DNA of 64,000 nt from an uncultured archaeon (GCA_964610875.1 CAZSWP010000007.1:1-64000); one strand, 5' to 3'; numbered from the stretch's first letter, positions 10,063 to 19,465 are shown. Notes: generated from the sequence alone by a model not told the origin. Translations and numbers: made by a program.

Positions 10063-10869
10063 TTGGTACTCTCTGATCCCGATTATGATGACCTGGATGA
10101 CTGGGAGAGCACAGAAATTTTTGTACCCGGAAAAATGATTGAACGCAGTGTAGATTTTGACCGATTATTTCGTATTCTAATATATACCGGGATTGGATTT
10201 GGAATCACTATTGGCTTGACATTTATTGTCATGATTCCACTCATTGCATATGGGTTGATTTATGTCAATCCCACTACTTTTGAAATAGTCTATGCCCCAT
10301 GGACCCTATTGTGCCTCACACTTGTGGAATTTGGGTTCATTATCCCTCCTGTCTATTATGTAAGGAAAAACAATCTGAGTTTGAAATCTATAGGAATCCG
10401 TTTGGGGAATCCAATAAAGGAGGTACTTTTGGGTTTGGGATTTGGTATAGCGATGTTAGGTGCAAATATCATAATAACATACTTCTTTGCCACTTATTCT
10501 GGTTTACCTTTTGAAGGTGCAGATCAAACATTCTTTGCTAACTCTATTCCAGAACTGATAGGTTGGGTGGTTGTAATGTTTGTTGTTGTGGGCCTAAGCG
10601 AGGAGATTCTCTTCCGTGGTTTTCTGCAACGGAGAATGGACATATATTTCAGGGAGAAGACAAACAAATTCAAAATAGTATCACTGTTAATTACATCATT
10701 CATCTTTGCAGCTATTCATCTTGATCTCATTGGACTCCCCGCAAGATTTGTTCTTGGAATTTTCTTAGGGTACTTGGCACAGAGAAGACGGTATTCCATG
10801 GTTGGACCCACTGTTGCGCACGGGTTTAACAATGCTGCGGTTGTTTTGCTGGCTAGTTTAGGATTTTGA
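10063..10869 (+). CDS. CPBP (CAAX protease/Rce1-like) intramembrane glutamic endopeptidase
   Basis: multi-TM; EEILFRG, FAAIH, HGFNN motifs; GAGGT SD + TTG. Confidence 0.9.
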   Translation: MVLSDPDYDDLDDWESTEIFVPGKMIERSVDFDRLFRILIYTGIGFGITIGLTFIVMIPLIAYGLIYVNPTTFEIVYAPWTLLCLTLVEFGFIIPPVYYVRKNNLSLKSIGIRLGNPIKEVLLGLGFGIAMLGANIIITYFFATYSGLPFEGADQTFFANSIPELIGWVVVMFVVVGLSEEILFRGFLQRRMDIYFREKTNKFKIVSLLITSFIFAAIHLDLIGLPARFVLGIFLGYLAQRRRYSMVGPTVAHGFNNAAVVLLASLGF

Positions 10870-10879
10870 ACGAAAGTAT

Positions 10880-10905
10880 GGAGGAGGCGGTTTCGCCTCT
10901 TCTCC
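10880..10905. terminator. GC-rich hairpin between convergent genes
   Basis: GGAGGAGGCG-GTTT-CGCCTCTTCTCC. Confidence 0.5.
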
Positions 10906-10917
10906 TTGGAAAAAGAA

Positions 10918-11121
10918 TCAATCTTCATATTTGAAGGCTACTCGAACATTGGCTCTAAATGCTGTAATTTTATTATCTACCACTTTTACTGTAAAATGAT
11001 CGACATCTATACCCACAATTCCCCTAAGGGTCTTTGCAGCCACATCAAGTGCATTTTGTGTTGCTTCTTCCCAACTTTTTGGACTCTCTCCAATTAGTTC
11101 AATTACTTTTACAACGCTCAT
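10918..11121 (-). CDS. dodecin (flavin-binding) family protein
   Basis: MSVVKVIELIGESPKSWEEA...A.KTLR...FRANVRVAF; GAGGAGG SD before ATG 11121. Confidence 0.9.
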   Translation of the reverse strand: MSVVKVIELIGESPKSWEEATQNALDVAAKTLRGIVGIDVDHFTVKVVDNKITAFRANVRVAFKYED

Positions 11122-11190
11122 ATTTGGTTCCTCCTCGAGGATAGAAGACAGTAGATACAATTCCTTATGGCTCTTGCCAAGACAAATCGT

Positions 11191-12345
11191 TTAAGCTAAT
11201 GTTGTTCTTTTCTTGAATACACCCCATGCTAGTAGTATGAATCCTAAAGTGACTACTAGAATAAGAAACATTTCGCGTAGAAAAGTGAGGATTGAAACTC
11301 CCTTGAACGCTGTATCGATAATCATAACTCTACCAAGATTCAACGGATAGAATTCGTCCACAATTCCAACATCAATGAAACCTGTTCCTACGATCATTGA
11401 ACCAAACAATAGGAAAAGGAACGATTGATTCGCTTGTAACCGCGTTGTCACAAGAGTCGATATCAAAACTCCTAGTGCAGAACCTGAAATAGACATTAAT
11501 GCAAGTATGATATTCAATGTAAGATAATCTGTATTTGGCACAATTCCAAACAAGCCCATCCAAAGAAGTAGTAGAAATTGAGCTTGAATTATTCCTATTG
11601 AAAAATACGCGAGTACTTTAGCCAGAACTGATTCCATCTTTGTAGCGGGTGTAAGTAGCATTCTATTCAAGGGTACATCTCCAACTATTGCCTGTGCAGC
11701 TGTAGCTGAAACAGCTATGAATACTGCAAATACTAGCAGGAACACACCAAATGTTGCAGCGAATCTATTACCTACAGGTTCAAACTCTCCTACTCTCTCG
11801 TATGCAATCTCTCCTTTTATCCATCCATGATCATATCTGAATTCTTGCACAACTTCATTGAATGCTGAATATACAGCAGCTTGACTATCAAAGTTGGTGC
11901 TACTAATGTGAATGTCAACGAAGGCGGGAATATCACCAGTGATATTTCCTTCAAATCCATATGGAATCACTGCGTATACATCAACTATATCTTGGTACAA
12001 AGCTTCCCTTGCGGCTTCTTCGGTTTCATATTTTATTACAATGAAATTTGGACTATTTGTTAGATACCAAGTAAAATTGGCAGAGAGATCTTCATCAGGA
12101 AAAGTATCTGTTATATCTGCATCAACTAATCCAATATATAAAGCATCTTTGTTCTTTCCAGTTGTTGTATCTACAATTCCAAAGTCCTGATTCTGTGTGT
12201 ACCACATTGTGCCCATTATCATTCCGGGTAATACGAAGACTAGTAGCATAGCAAATTTATCGTTTCTAATAAGTCCTAATTCTTTCAAGAACATAGAACG
12301 AATGCGCCATAGTTTTGTATTCTTTCTCGTTCCCGGTTCTGACAA
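11191..12345 (-). CDS. ABC-2 type exporter permease (YhgE/YbhS-like)
   Basis: KELGLIRND, extracellular loop (VIPYGF), RMLLTP, LAKVLAY, multiple C-terminal TMs. Confidence 0.8.
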   Translation of the reverse strand: MSEPGTRKNTKLWRIRSMFLKELGLIRNDKFAMLLVFVLPGMIMGTMWYTQNQDFGIVDTTTGKNKDALYIGLVDADITDTFPDEDLSANFTWYLTNSPNFIVIKYETEEAAREALYQDIVDVYAVIPYGFEGNITGDIPAFVDIHISSTNFDSQAAVYSAFNEVVQEFRYDHGWIKGEIAYERVGEFEPVGNRFAATFGVFLLVFAVFIAVSATAAQAIVGDVPLNRMLLTPATKMESVLAKVLAYFSIGIIQAQFLLLLWMGLFGIVPNTDYLTLNIILALMSISGSALGVLISTLVTTRLQANQSFLFLLFGSMIVGTGFIDVGIVDEFYPLNLGRVMIIDTAFKGVSILTFLREMFLILVVTLGFILLAWGVFKKRTTLA

Positions 12346-12397
12346 TTCTTGTCACCATCTAGAGAAGTCAGATTGTGTTGAATGCTTATGGGTTTTA

Positions 12398-13363
12398 TTA
12401 TATATTTGTAGTCCCAATGATATCTAACACATCTGCACACATAACAAGATAAAGAACCAGTGGGCCTTGATCTCCCATTTCTTGAGAATACCCACGTAGC
12501 TCGTCTTTTGAGATTCTTTTCGAGAGTCCAAGAATTCTTGTGATTGTGTTTTGAACACCAAGGTCTCCAAATGGGAATATCGAGAAGTTGCCAAGACCTG
12601 CGATGGCAAGAACCTGTATAGTCCATTCTCCTATACCTTTGATTGGTATCAATTCATCTTTGATTTCTCTCATAGATTTGCCAATTAGAGATTCGAGCTG
12701 CAATTCTTCGGATTCAACTTTTTCACACACATTGAGAATATAATTTGCTTTGTAACCGAGTCCAATGTCGCGTAAACCACCCTCTTTCATTCTTACTAGC
12801 ATTGAGGCACTAGGGAACTTGTGGTAAATAGCGTCAGCTCGTGAATTTGCAAGAATCAAACGCTTTGTCAATATGTTTGCGGCTCTGTATGAGATTTGTT
12901 GTTGGATAATGGATTTGATAAGTGCTTCAAATGGTGTATCTGCAGTGTAAGGTCTGATTCCTCTCACTCTCATTGATATTTCACGCAATTCTGACTTTTT
13001 TCCCATAACAGCAATTGCTTCTGAAGTGTCAACTTCCAATCCTAGAATAAATTTGATTTTTCTCTTTAGCATATCTTGGTCCGAAACGTTGGGTGTGTAT
13101 TTAACTTCCAAACCATGTCCAATTTCTTGCTGATTGATTCGCAAGTTTATAGAAATGCCATTGATAGTTAGTACTCTTAGAAGTGATCTGCCCTCTGTTG
13201 TTTCAGGCACGGGTTGAACATCTGGATAGATCCATGAATATACTGATTTTAGCATATCATAATGTTTTGGTACATTGATTATCAGTTGACTTCTACCTCC
13301 TTTCAATGAGCTATTGCTATTTTCAACTCTAACATCAGCATTATAACGTATTCCCATTTTCAC
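12398..13363 (-). CDS. HhH-GPD DNA glycosylase (AlkA/3-methyladenine glycosylase family)
   Basis: PFEALIKSIIQQQIS, FPS, KANYI, IKGIGEWT, FPFGDLG. Confidence 0.85.
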   Translation of the reverse strand: MKMGIRYNADVRVENSNSSLKGGRSQLIINVPKHYDMLKSVYSWIYPDVQPVPETTEGRSLLRVLTINGISINLRINQQEIGHGLEVKYTPNVSDQDMLKRKIKFILGLEVDTSEAIAVMGKKSELREISMRVRGIRPYTADTPFEALIKSIIQQQISYRAANILTKRLILANSRADAIYHKFPSASMLVRMKEGGLRDIGLGYKANYILNVCEKVESEELQLESLIGKSMREIKDELIPIKGIGEWTIQVLAIAGLGNFSIFPFGDLGVQNTITRILGLSKRISKDELRGYSQEMGDQGPLVLYLVMCADVLDIIGTTNI

Positions 13364-13369
13364 TCATTA

Positions 13370-13801
13370 GTGGACAAAATGACTCAAGTGATACCATCAA
13401 AGATTGGACTTAATAGATTAGTTGGTGTTATCATTGCTATTGCACTTCTAAATGTCGGTCTGTTCTTTGTTCTCTATATTTTCGCACCATTGCTTGCTGG
13501 CCTGATTGGTGGATATATTCTATTGAAAAAGAGAGAGTCTATCATTACTGGCTTTGTAGGCACATTAGCTGCATTTCTTCCTATGATGCTAGTCACACTT
13601 CCAGCTCAAATTCAATCTTACATTGATTCAAGTCTGTATTTACCTGAAGAAATCCCTGGAGCTATGCCTTTCATAATCACAATTCTTTTGCTAGCTGCTC
13701 TGCTAATCTCAGGTCTTGGTGCTCTTGGTGGATATCTAGGTCATTACATTTCAGAGCGGACCTTTACCTCTCAACAAGATGAATCAAGTATCGACGATTA
13801 G
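13370..13801 (+). CDS. small Gly-rich multi-pass membrane protein (DUF5518-like)
   Basis: hydrophobic helices, APLLAGLIGGY and GLGALGGYLG. Confidence 0.6.
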   Translation: MDKMTQVIPSKIGLNRLVGVIIAIALLNVGLFFVLYIFAPLLAGLIGGYILLKKRESIITGFVGTLAAFLPMMLVTLPAQIQSYIDSSLYLPEEIPGAMPFIITILLLAALLISGLGALGGYLGHYISERTFTSQQDESSIDD

Positions 13802-14926
13802 TGTGTCTGGTGTAAAATCTGCATTAGGACCGACCGTTGTTCTACGAATAGGATTACCATATAGCATCCATTCCATTGATGAAACTGTTTGATCCTGCTC
13901 GATTTTGTTTGTATCGCTTCTGCCAATGGTTTCTATCTCTTTCGAAATCGCTGGTCTAAGACGTTGAGCTATCTCCCTGTCTACCTCAAGTTTTACTCTG
14001 CCAATCGTGTTGAAGGTGTCCAAGAAATCCAGAAATCCGAATTTCCAGCCATCAGCATAAGGACAGTCTCTCCAATCAACAAATTGTTCAATATTATTCA
14101 TCGTATCAAGACTGGCACCAATGTAGCACGCACCGCGATTTAAGAAGGCTTTCAGTAGAGGACCTTCACGAGCTGTACTACATGCTTCAGAGTAGATTAC
14201 TGTGTATCCTGCAAAGTCGATTAGTTCGGCTTGACTGTGACTCAGTATAACTGAATTATGTGAGGCCCATCTATCTGGTGTTCCATGGATTCTAGAAGTG
14301 AAGACACCGTCAGAGAATTGCAAAATGAATTCAGCAGCACCTAAAAGATGGATATCATCTTGATAGAACCGTCGCAGAACTTCTACATCGAAACCTAAAC
14401 TTGCTAGACTGTCAACGTGTCTTGTCGAGCGTCCTGGTTGACTATCGAAAACAATAGCGATGTTACTATCTATAACAAATGGGTCCATATGATACATTAC
14501 TGTCGCTGGAGGTCCAAAGACTCTACCAATCGGTGTATCAGGCAATCCATCGTCGTCTACATCTTGGATATACCAGTCAGTGAATGATTGAGTACCATCA
14601 TACTCTATCTGTGTTCCTGGAAGCTCTGAGTTATCTCCAATTAGTAAAACACCTTGATGAAAATCTGGATCATAATTCTCTTGTATCGTTTTTCTTGTCA
14701 GCACCCAAGAACTACCTTCCTCCACAACGAAATCTGCTTCCATGTCTTTCGCCTTTGCCTCGTACAACTCGATATTATTCTCTCCTACCTTTCCACTTAC
14801 AATGAGTAGTCGTTTGATTAAATCTCGTTTTGTTTTTGCAACTGCGAAAGTTAGATCACGATCTTTCTTTTTTTTGCGAAACTTTTTCTTTATCTCATTG
14901 ATAGTGCCTTTCTGAATGATGTTCAT
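13784..14926 (-). CDS. C25 (gingipain-like, clan CD) cysteine peptidase without signal peptide
   Basis: VLLIGD..LPG, TDWYIQDVDDDGLPDTPIGR, HG...W, SEAC dyad, LYGNP. Confidence 0.7.
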   Translation of the reverse strand: MNIIQKGTINEIKKKFRKKKKDRDLTFAVAKTKRDLIKRLLIVSGKVGENNIELYEAKAKDMEADFVVEEGSSWVLTRKTIQENYDPDFHQGVLLIGDNSELPGTQIEYDGTQSFTDWYIQDVDDDGLPDTPIGRVFGPPATVMYHMDPFVIDSNIAIVFDSQPGRSTRHVDSLASLGFDVEVLRRFYQDDIHLLGAAEFILQFSDGVFTSRIHGTPDRWASHNSVILSHSQAELIDFAGYTVIYSEACSTAREGPLLKAFLNRGACYIGASLDTMNNIEQFVDWRDCPYADGWKFGFLDFLDTFNTIGRVKLEVDREIAQRLRPAISKEIETIGRSDTNKIEQDQTVSSMEWMLYGNPIRRTTVGPNADFTPDTLIVDT

Positions 14927-15007
14927 TGGAATCCGTTTTCAATCAATACAAAAGTGATAATTACCCTTTCGGGGGTGTCCCAATTAGATGGAAAAAGGGA
15001 TGATTCT

Positions 15008-15664
15008 ATGAAAACTGACCTTAGAGTAGTTTCTTTTGACTTAGATGGTGTACTTTTTGATGGTCCAAGTGCAACTTATCCGGTAGCCCATGCAGCAGGT
15101 CTTGAAAAAGAATTCATGTTGATCTTACAGGAAGTATCGGAATCTGATTTACCATTTGAAGAATCTATTCGCAAGGGATCAGCAATTTGGAAGGGTGTAC
15201 CAACATCAGGTGATATAGAGGAACAGGTTACGAATTTAGAACTGATGTCTGGTGCTGAGGAAACTATCACTGAATTGAAGGAGTGGGGATACTTGGTTGG
15301 ATGCATCTCAAGTGGAGTTAGTCAATTTTTCATGAAACCATTAAAGAAGCGTCTCCAACTTGATTTTGCGGAATCCAATATTTTAGGGGAATCAGAGGGA
15401 AAGCATGATGGCAGCGTTTCGTATGTTATGGATGGTCCTCAAAAAGCAGTAACAATTCAACGCATCCTTGAAAAGGAAGGCTATACAACGCAACAGCTTG
15501 CAAGTATAGGTGATGGCGAAAATGATATTGAAATCTTCAGCATATCGGAGGTAAGTATCGCATTCAATCCAATTACAGGGAGAGTAAGTGAGGCTGCTGA
15601 TATTACAATTCGATCTCATGACCTTCGAGATATCTTGCCTCACTTTCATCCTGATTTTCCTTAG
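15008..15664 (+). CDS. serB: HAD-IB phosphoserine phosphatase-like hydrolase
   Basis: FDLDGVL, ISSG, K, IGDGEND motifs; likely ATG at 15008. Confidence 0.7.
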   Translation: MKTDLRVVSFDLDGVLFDGPSATYPVAHAAGLEKEFMLILQEVSESDLPFEESIRKGSAIWKGVPTSGDIEEQVTNLELMSGAEETITELKEWGYLVGCISSGVSQFFMKPLKKRLQLDFAESNILGESEGKHDGSVSYVMDGPQKAVTIQRILEKEGYTTQQLASIGDGENDIEIFSISEVSIAFNPITGRVSEAADITIRSHDLRDILPHFHPDFP

Positions 15665-16812
15665 GAAAGTAGCTTCTTCATTGCAATATGTATGGTTTCA
15701 ATTTCATTGTCAGTTAGGAGTGGATGGACTGGTATGTCTAGATGTCTATTTCCAATATCTTCTGATATGGGTAGTGAAAGTTTTGAATAATCAGGGTAGT
15801 CAACGAATTTAGCCCATCGCCAATCTTCGATGTTCTGATATGTACCTTGGAGATGACATGGTAATGCATAGACAGTACGTGCTCCTACTCCTTCCTCTCT
15901 AAATGATCTAACCAATTCATCTCTATCTAGATTCTCATTATCAACAATTGGTGCATAAACATGGTAGGATGATTGGTGGCCTTCGAGTTCTTTTTGGGGA
16001 CGTACATTATTGAATTCCTCCATGATTTTATTATATCCTGCTGCGATAGATCTCCGTGTTTTTGTTGCTTCAGGTAAGCGCTTTAGTTGGACTCTACCAA
16101 GAGCTGATACTATATCCATCATTCTATTATTATAGCCAATTCTAAAATGACTATAACCTCCTTGCTTTCCTCTACCATGGTTCTTTATCATCAAGGCTCT
16201 CTCATAGACCTCTTCATCATTAGTGGTTATCATCCCTCCCTCTCCGGTCATCATATTTTTTGTAGCATAGAATGAAAAGGATGCAACATGACCTATAGAA
16301 CCTACCATTTTGCCATTAACAGTTGCCCCATGTGCTTGACAGGCATCTTCCAGAACCTGAAGATTGTGTTTTTCAGCAATTTCCATTATTCTTCTCATAT
16401 CTGAAGGATTACCAAAAATATGCACTGGCATTATCGCTTTAGTTTTCTTCGTGACAGCCTTCTCAATCTCATCAGGGTCAATATTGTATGTGTGAGGGTC
16501 TATATCAACAAATATTGGTATTGCTCCTATCATTGCTATGGTATTCGCTGAAGCAATGAATGTGAATGGTGATGTGATAACTTCATCGCCTGGTTGGAGG
16601 TTCATAGCTTCAAGTGCTGTACTCAATGCAGTAGTTCCATTTGATGTCACTGTTGCATATTTTACTCCAACGTATTCTAAAAACTCTTTTTCCAACTCTC
16701 TGGAAACCTGACCTTCTGCAAGCATCCCTGATTCCAAGACTTCCTTGACAGCTTCAATTTCAGCTTCTTCTATAACTGGTTTTGCGAAGGGTATCATTTT
16801 GGCCACAATCAA
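15661..16812 (-). CDS. DegT/DnrJ/EryC1/StrS sugar aminotransferase
   Basis: SNGTTAL, PFTFIAS, EDACQAHG, SFYATKN, GYNNRM; start may be ATG 16797. Confidence 0.92.
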   Translation of the reverse strand: MIVAKMIPFAKPVIEEAEIEAVKEVLESGMLAEGQVSRELEKEFLEYVGVKYATVTSNGTTALSTALEAMNLQPGDEVITSPFTFIASANTIAMIGAIPIFVDIDPHTYNIDPDEIEKAVTKKTKAIMPVHIFGNPSDMRRIMEIAEKHNLQVLEDACQAHGATVNGKMVGSIGHVASFSFYATKNMMTGEGGMITTNDEEVYERALMIKNHGRGKQGGYSHFRIGYNNRMMDIVSALGRVQLKRLPEATKTRRSIAAGYNKIMEEFNNVRPQKELEGHQSSYHVYAPIVDNENLDRDELVRSFREEGVGARTVYALPCHLQGTYQNIEDWRWAKFVDYPDYSKLSLPISEDIGNRHLDIPVHPLLTDNEIETIHIAMKKLLS

Positions 16813-16868
16813 ATTCGAATATTTCTCAAATAAAACACTTTGGCATGAGTCAAAATCGTACTGTTTGT

Positions 16869-17399
16869 CTACTCTACTTGTTCTTCTCTTTCACTATCAC
16901 GATTCCTTGATTCAACAATCCCAACAATACCTACCGATATTACCATTACTGCAAGTGTAATGAGCATATAGAACAGATTTGCCAAAAGGAATACTATTGC
17001 CAGACCAACCCCACTAAAAAATCCAGTAACGAATCTTACACTGTTTCTGGTCTTTCTTGGAGTCATTCTCTGAGTGGTCCAATCAATAACAGTTGAGAGT
17101 CCAAATACCAATGCAATCAGGAACCATAACCAATCTGGTTGTAAGCTGACATTGAATAACCAAAGAAAAAGGACTCCTATACCAAGTCCTCCATAAATAC
17201 CGGTACATCTGCCACAGAAATATACTGACTTTCCACGGAATGACAACCTTAAGCAATGTCCATAGAGTGACGGAGGATGATGAGATACTAATGCATGCAA
17301 AGCCTCTTTGGCTTCATCAGCTCTGGTCCACGTTTCATATTGGATAGCTAGTTCATCTGAGCGGTCAGATGAGTGATTTTGTTTACTGGCGTCGTTCAT
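16869..17399 (-). CDS. DUF2085 membrane protein
   Basis: CGRCTGIYGG, IDW.TQ, RFVTG. Confidence 0.75.
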   Translation of the reverse strand: MNDASKQNHSSDRSDELAIQYETWTRADEAKEALHALVSHHPPSLYGHCLRLSFRGKSVYFCGRCTGIYGGLGIGVLFLWLFNVSLQPDWLWFLIALVFGLSTVIDWTTQRMTPRKTRNSVRFVTGFFSGVGLAIVFLLANLFYMLITLAVMVISVGIVGIVESRNRDSEREEQVE

Positions 17400-17419
17400 A
17401 CTCCATCCTCATGTCATAT

Positions 17420-18604
17420 TCATTCTAGCTTGCTAGCAATCTCTTTAGCAAGCTGTTTGATCTGCTTGTTTTCTTCCTCAGAAGGTCTACCTCTAACTCG
17501 AATTGTCGGTTCTATTACTTCAAACCTTATGCCTTCTAACATTTGTTTGAGTTTCCTGACACTGCCACCACCCCAGCTATAATTGCCAAACAGTGCTATC
17601 GGACGTTTTGGAAACCTTTTGCCTTCAATCTCATTTATAAATGTCCAAATTTTTGGGAATGGAAACGCATCATAGGTTGGAGAACCAATTACTAGGACTC
17701 CTGCACGAACTGAATCGACGAGGACATCACTCATTCTGCTATAAGAAACATTATGCAGCTTGACTTCTACCCCCTGTTCCATAAGCTCTTTCTTGAGTTT
17801 TATTGCTAATCGGTGACTATAACCATACATTGTTCCATATACAATCGTACACGTTTTTTCTAGTTCAGGTGAACTCCACTCATCATATTTCTTCACAATC
17901 CACATGGGGTCTTTTCTGTAGATTGGACCATGACTTGGTGCAATCATCTTGATTCCAATACCGAGATCCTTTACTTTCTTGATTCCATCTTGTACAAATC
18001 TGAAATAACTAGTGATTATGGCGGAAAGATATCTTCTACTCTCCGACTCGACCATTCTCAAGTCAATCTCGTCATCAAAATGCTTTCCATTGAGAGCTCC
18101 AAATGCGCCAAATGCATCACAGGAGAATACAATCTCATCTTCGACAAGATACGTAAACATAGTTTCAGGCCAGTGGAGAAATTTTGCATGCACAAATTTT
18201 AGTGTCTTCTTTCCTAGAGTGATTTCATCAAGATCCTCAACAATCTTGTCTTCCAACTCCACATCATATAGTGATCTTTGCATATCTTGTGCTCTAGATG
18301 TGTATACTATTGTTGCATTCTTTGCTATCTCTGCTATATGTGGTAATGCACTTGTATGGTCAGGCTCCATGTGATTCAACACGATATAATCGATTTTTGC
18401 AGGATCTACAATCTCTCGAATGTTTTCTAACCATTCATCAGTCCAAGGCTCTTTCACAGTTTCAATAAGAGCAATCTTTTCATCAACTATCAGATAGCTG
18501 TTATAGGATACACCAAGAGGGAGTTCCCACAGATTTTCGAATAATTCTGTGTGGTGATCATCAACACCAATAAAGTATACGCCCTTTGCCATCTCTCTGT
18601 ACAT
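17420..18604 (-). CDS. fprA: flavodiiron protein (A-type flavoprotein, O2/NO reductase)
   Basis: GVSYNSY, NHMEPDH, HWPE, SCDAFG, PSHG, flavodoxin domain YGTMYG/GSPT. Confidence 0.93.
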   Translation of the reverse strand: MYREMAKGVYFIGVDDHHTELFENLWELPLGVSYNSYLIVDEKIALIETVKEPWTDEWLENIREIVDPAKIDYIVLNHMEPDHTSALPHIAEIAKNATIVYTSRAQDMQRSLYDVELEDKIVEDLDEITLGKKTLKFVHAKFLHWPETMFTYLVEDEIVFSCDAFGAFGALNGKHFDDEIDLRMVESESRRYLSAIITSYFRFVQDGIKKVKDLGIGIKMIAPSHGPIYRKDPMWIVKKYDEWSSPELEKTCTIVYGTMYGYSHRLAIKLKKELMEQGVEVKLHNVSYSRMSDVLVDSVRAGVLVIGSPTYDAFPFPKIWTFINEIEGKRFPKRPIALFGNYSWGGGSVRKLKQMLEGIRFEVIEPTIRVRGRPSEEENKQIKQLAKEIASKLE

Positions 18605-18731
18605 GTTGCAAATTCTCCTGATATCTATGCTCTAGCTCCTTTATTATCGAATAAAAGCTCTCCCCTATGTATTTTGTTGCTAGTAGGATGATTGAAAAGA
18701 ATCAAGAGTAATCTGTGAGTTTATTCGCATA

Positions 18732-19202
18732 ATGAGAAACAAGAGAACAAAACAACTATGCATATTGCTAACCGTTGTTTTAGTTATCATCTTAGGTTTC
18801 AGTTTTTCAATTGAATCAAAGCATCCGGATTACTTCCATGACATGTGGATAGAGTCTGGTGAGTTTTGGAGTTTGCAGATAGACTGCTCTGAGATTTATG
18901 CTATCAATGGCACAATTGAAGTATTGCAGGATGAGGACTCTTACCATTGGGACCAAACTAAATACGACATTTGGGCTGGTGCCTTTGGTGTTGACTTCTA
19001 TATTATGAATAATGAACAATTTGATAATTTCACAAATAATGGTATCTGCTTCTCGGTCTATAATAAAACCAATGTACATCTATTCAACTGGAGTTTCACT
19101 GTAGGTCAATCCGGAATATATCATATGATCTGTGAAAACGATTCGGTTTACAGAAAGCATGTTAGATGTGGTGTCAAAATTCAACTACAGGAAATTCAAT
19201 AA
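18732..19202 (+). CDS. membrane-anchored/secreted beta-sandwich protein, GOLD/emp24-like
   Basis: N-terminal hydrophobic segment; VDFYIMN...F...SGIYHMICEN pattern; several NxS/T sequons. Confidence 0.5.
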   Translation: MRNKRTKQLCILLTVVLVIILGFSFSIESKHPDYFHDMWIESGEFWSLQIDCSEIYAINGTIEVLQDEDSYHWDQTKYDIWAGAFGVDFYIMNNEQFDNFTNNGICFSVYNKTNVHLFNWSFTVGQSGIYHMICENDSVYRKHVRCGVKIQLQEIQ

Positions 19203-19221
19203 GAATTACAGTAATTACTAC

Positions 19222-19260
19222 AAAAAAAAGGGGTAGAGGGAAACACCCTCTACTCTCTCT
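19222..19260 (-). terminator. hairpin plus U-tract after dodecin
   Basis: minus strand GTAGAGGG-TGTTT-CCCTCTAC then CCC and T8. Confidence 0.6.
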
Positions 19261-19465
19261 CATACTTGAAGCTCAGCTTCAGACGTACACGATACTCCTG
19301 AACTTTATTATCTTCAAGTCTTACATCCTGCCGGATTACTTCAGCAACACGTAGGTCTCTGAGGTTTTGCGATGCTGTTTCGATAGCGTTGTGTATAGCT
19401 TTCTCCCAGCTCTCGGAGCTAGTTCCCGTAAGTTCTATGTATTTGTATACACTCTCTTCACTCAT
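19250..19465 (-). CDS. dodecin family protein
   Basis: VYKYIELTGTSSESWEKA...YRVRLKLSFKYE. Confidence 0.92.
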   Translation of the reverse strand: MSEESVYKYIELTGTSSESWEKAIHNAIETASQNLRDLRVAEVIRQDVRLEDNKVQEYRVRLKLSFKYERE

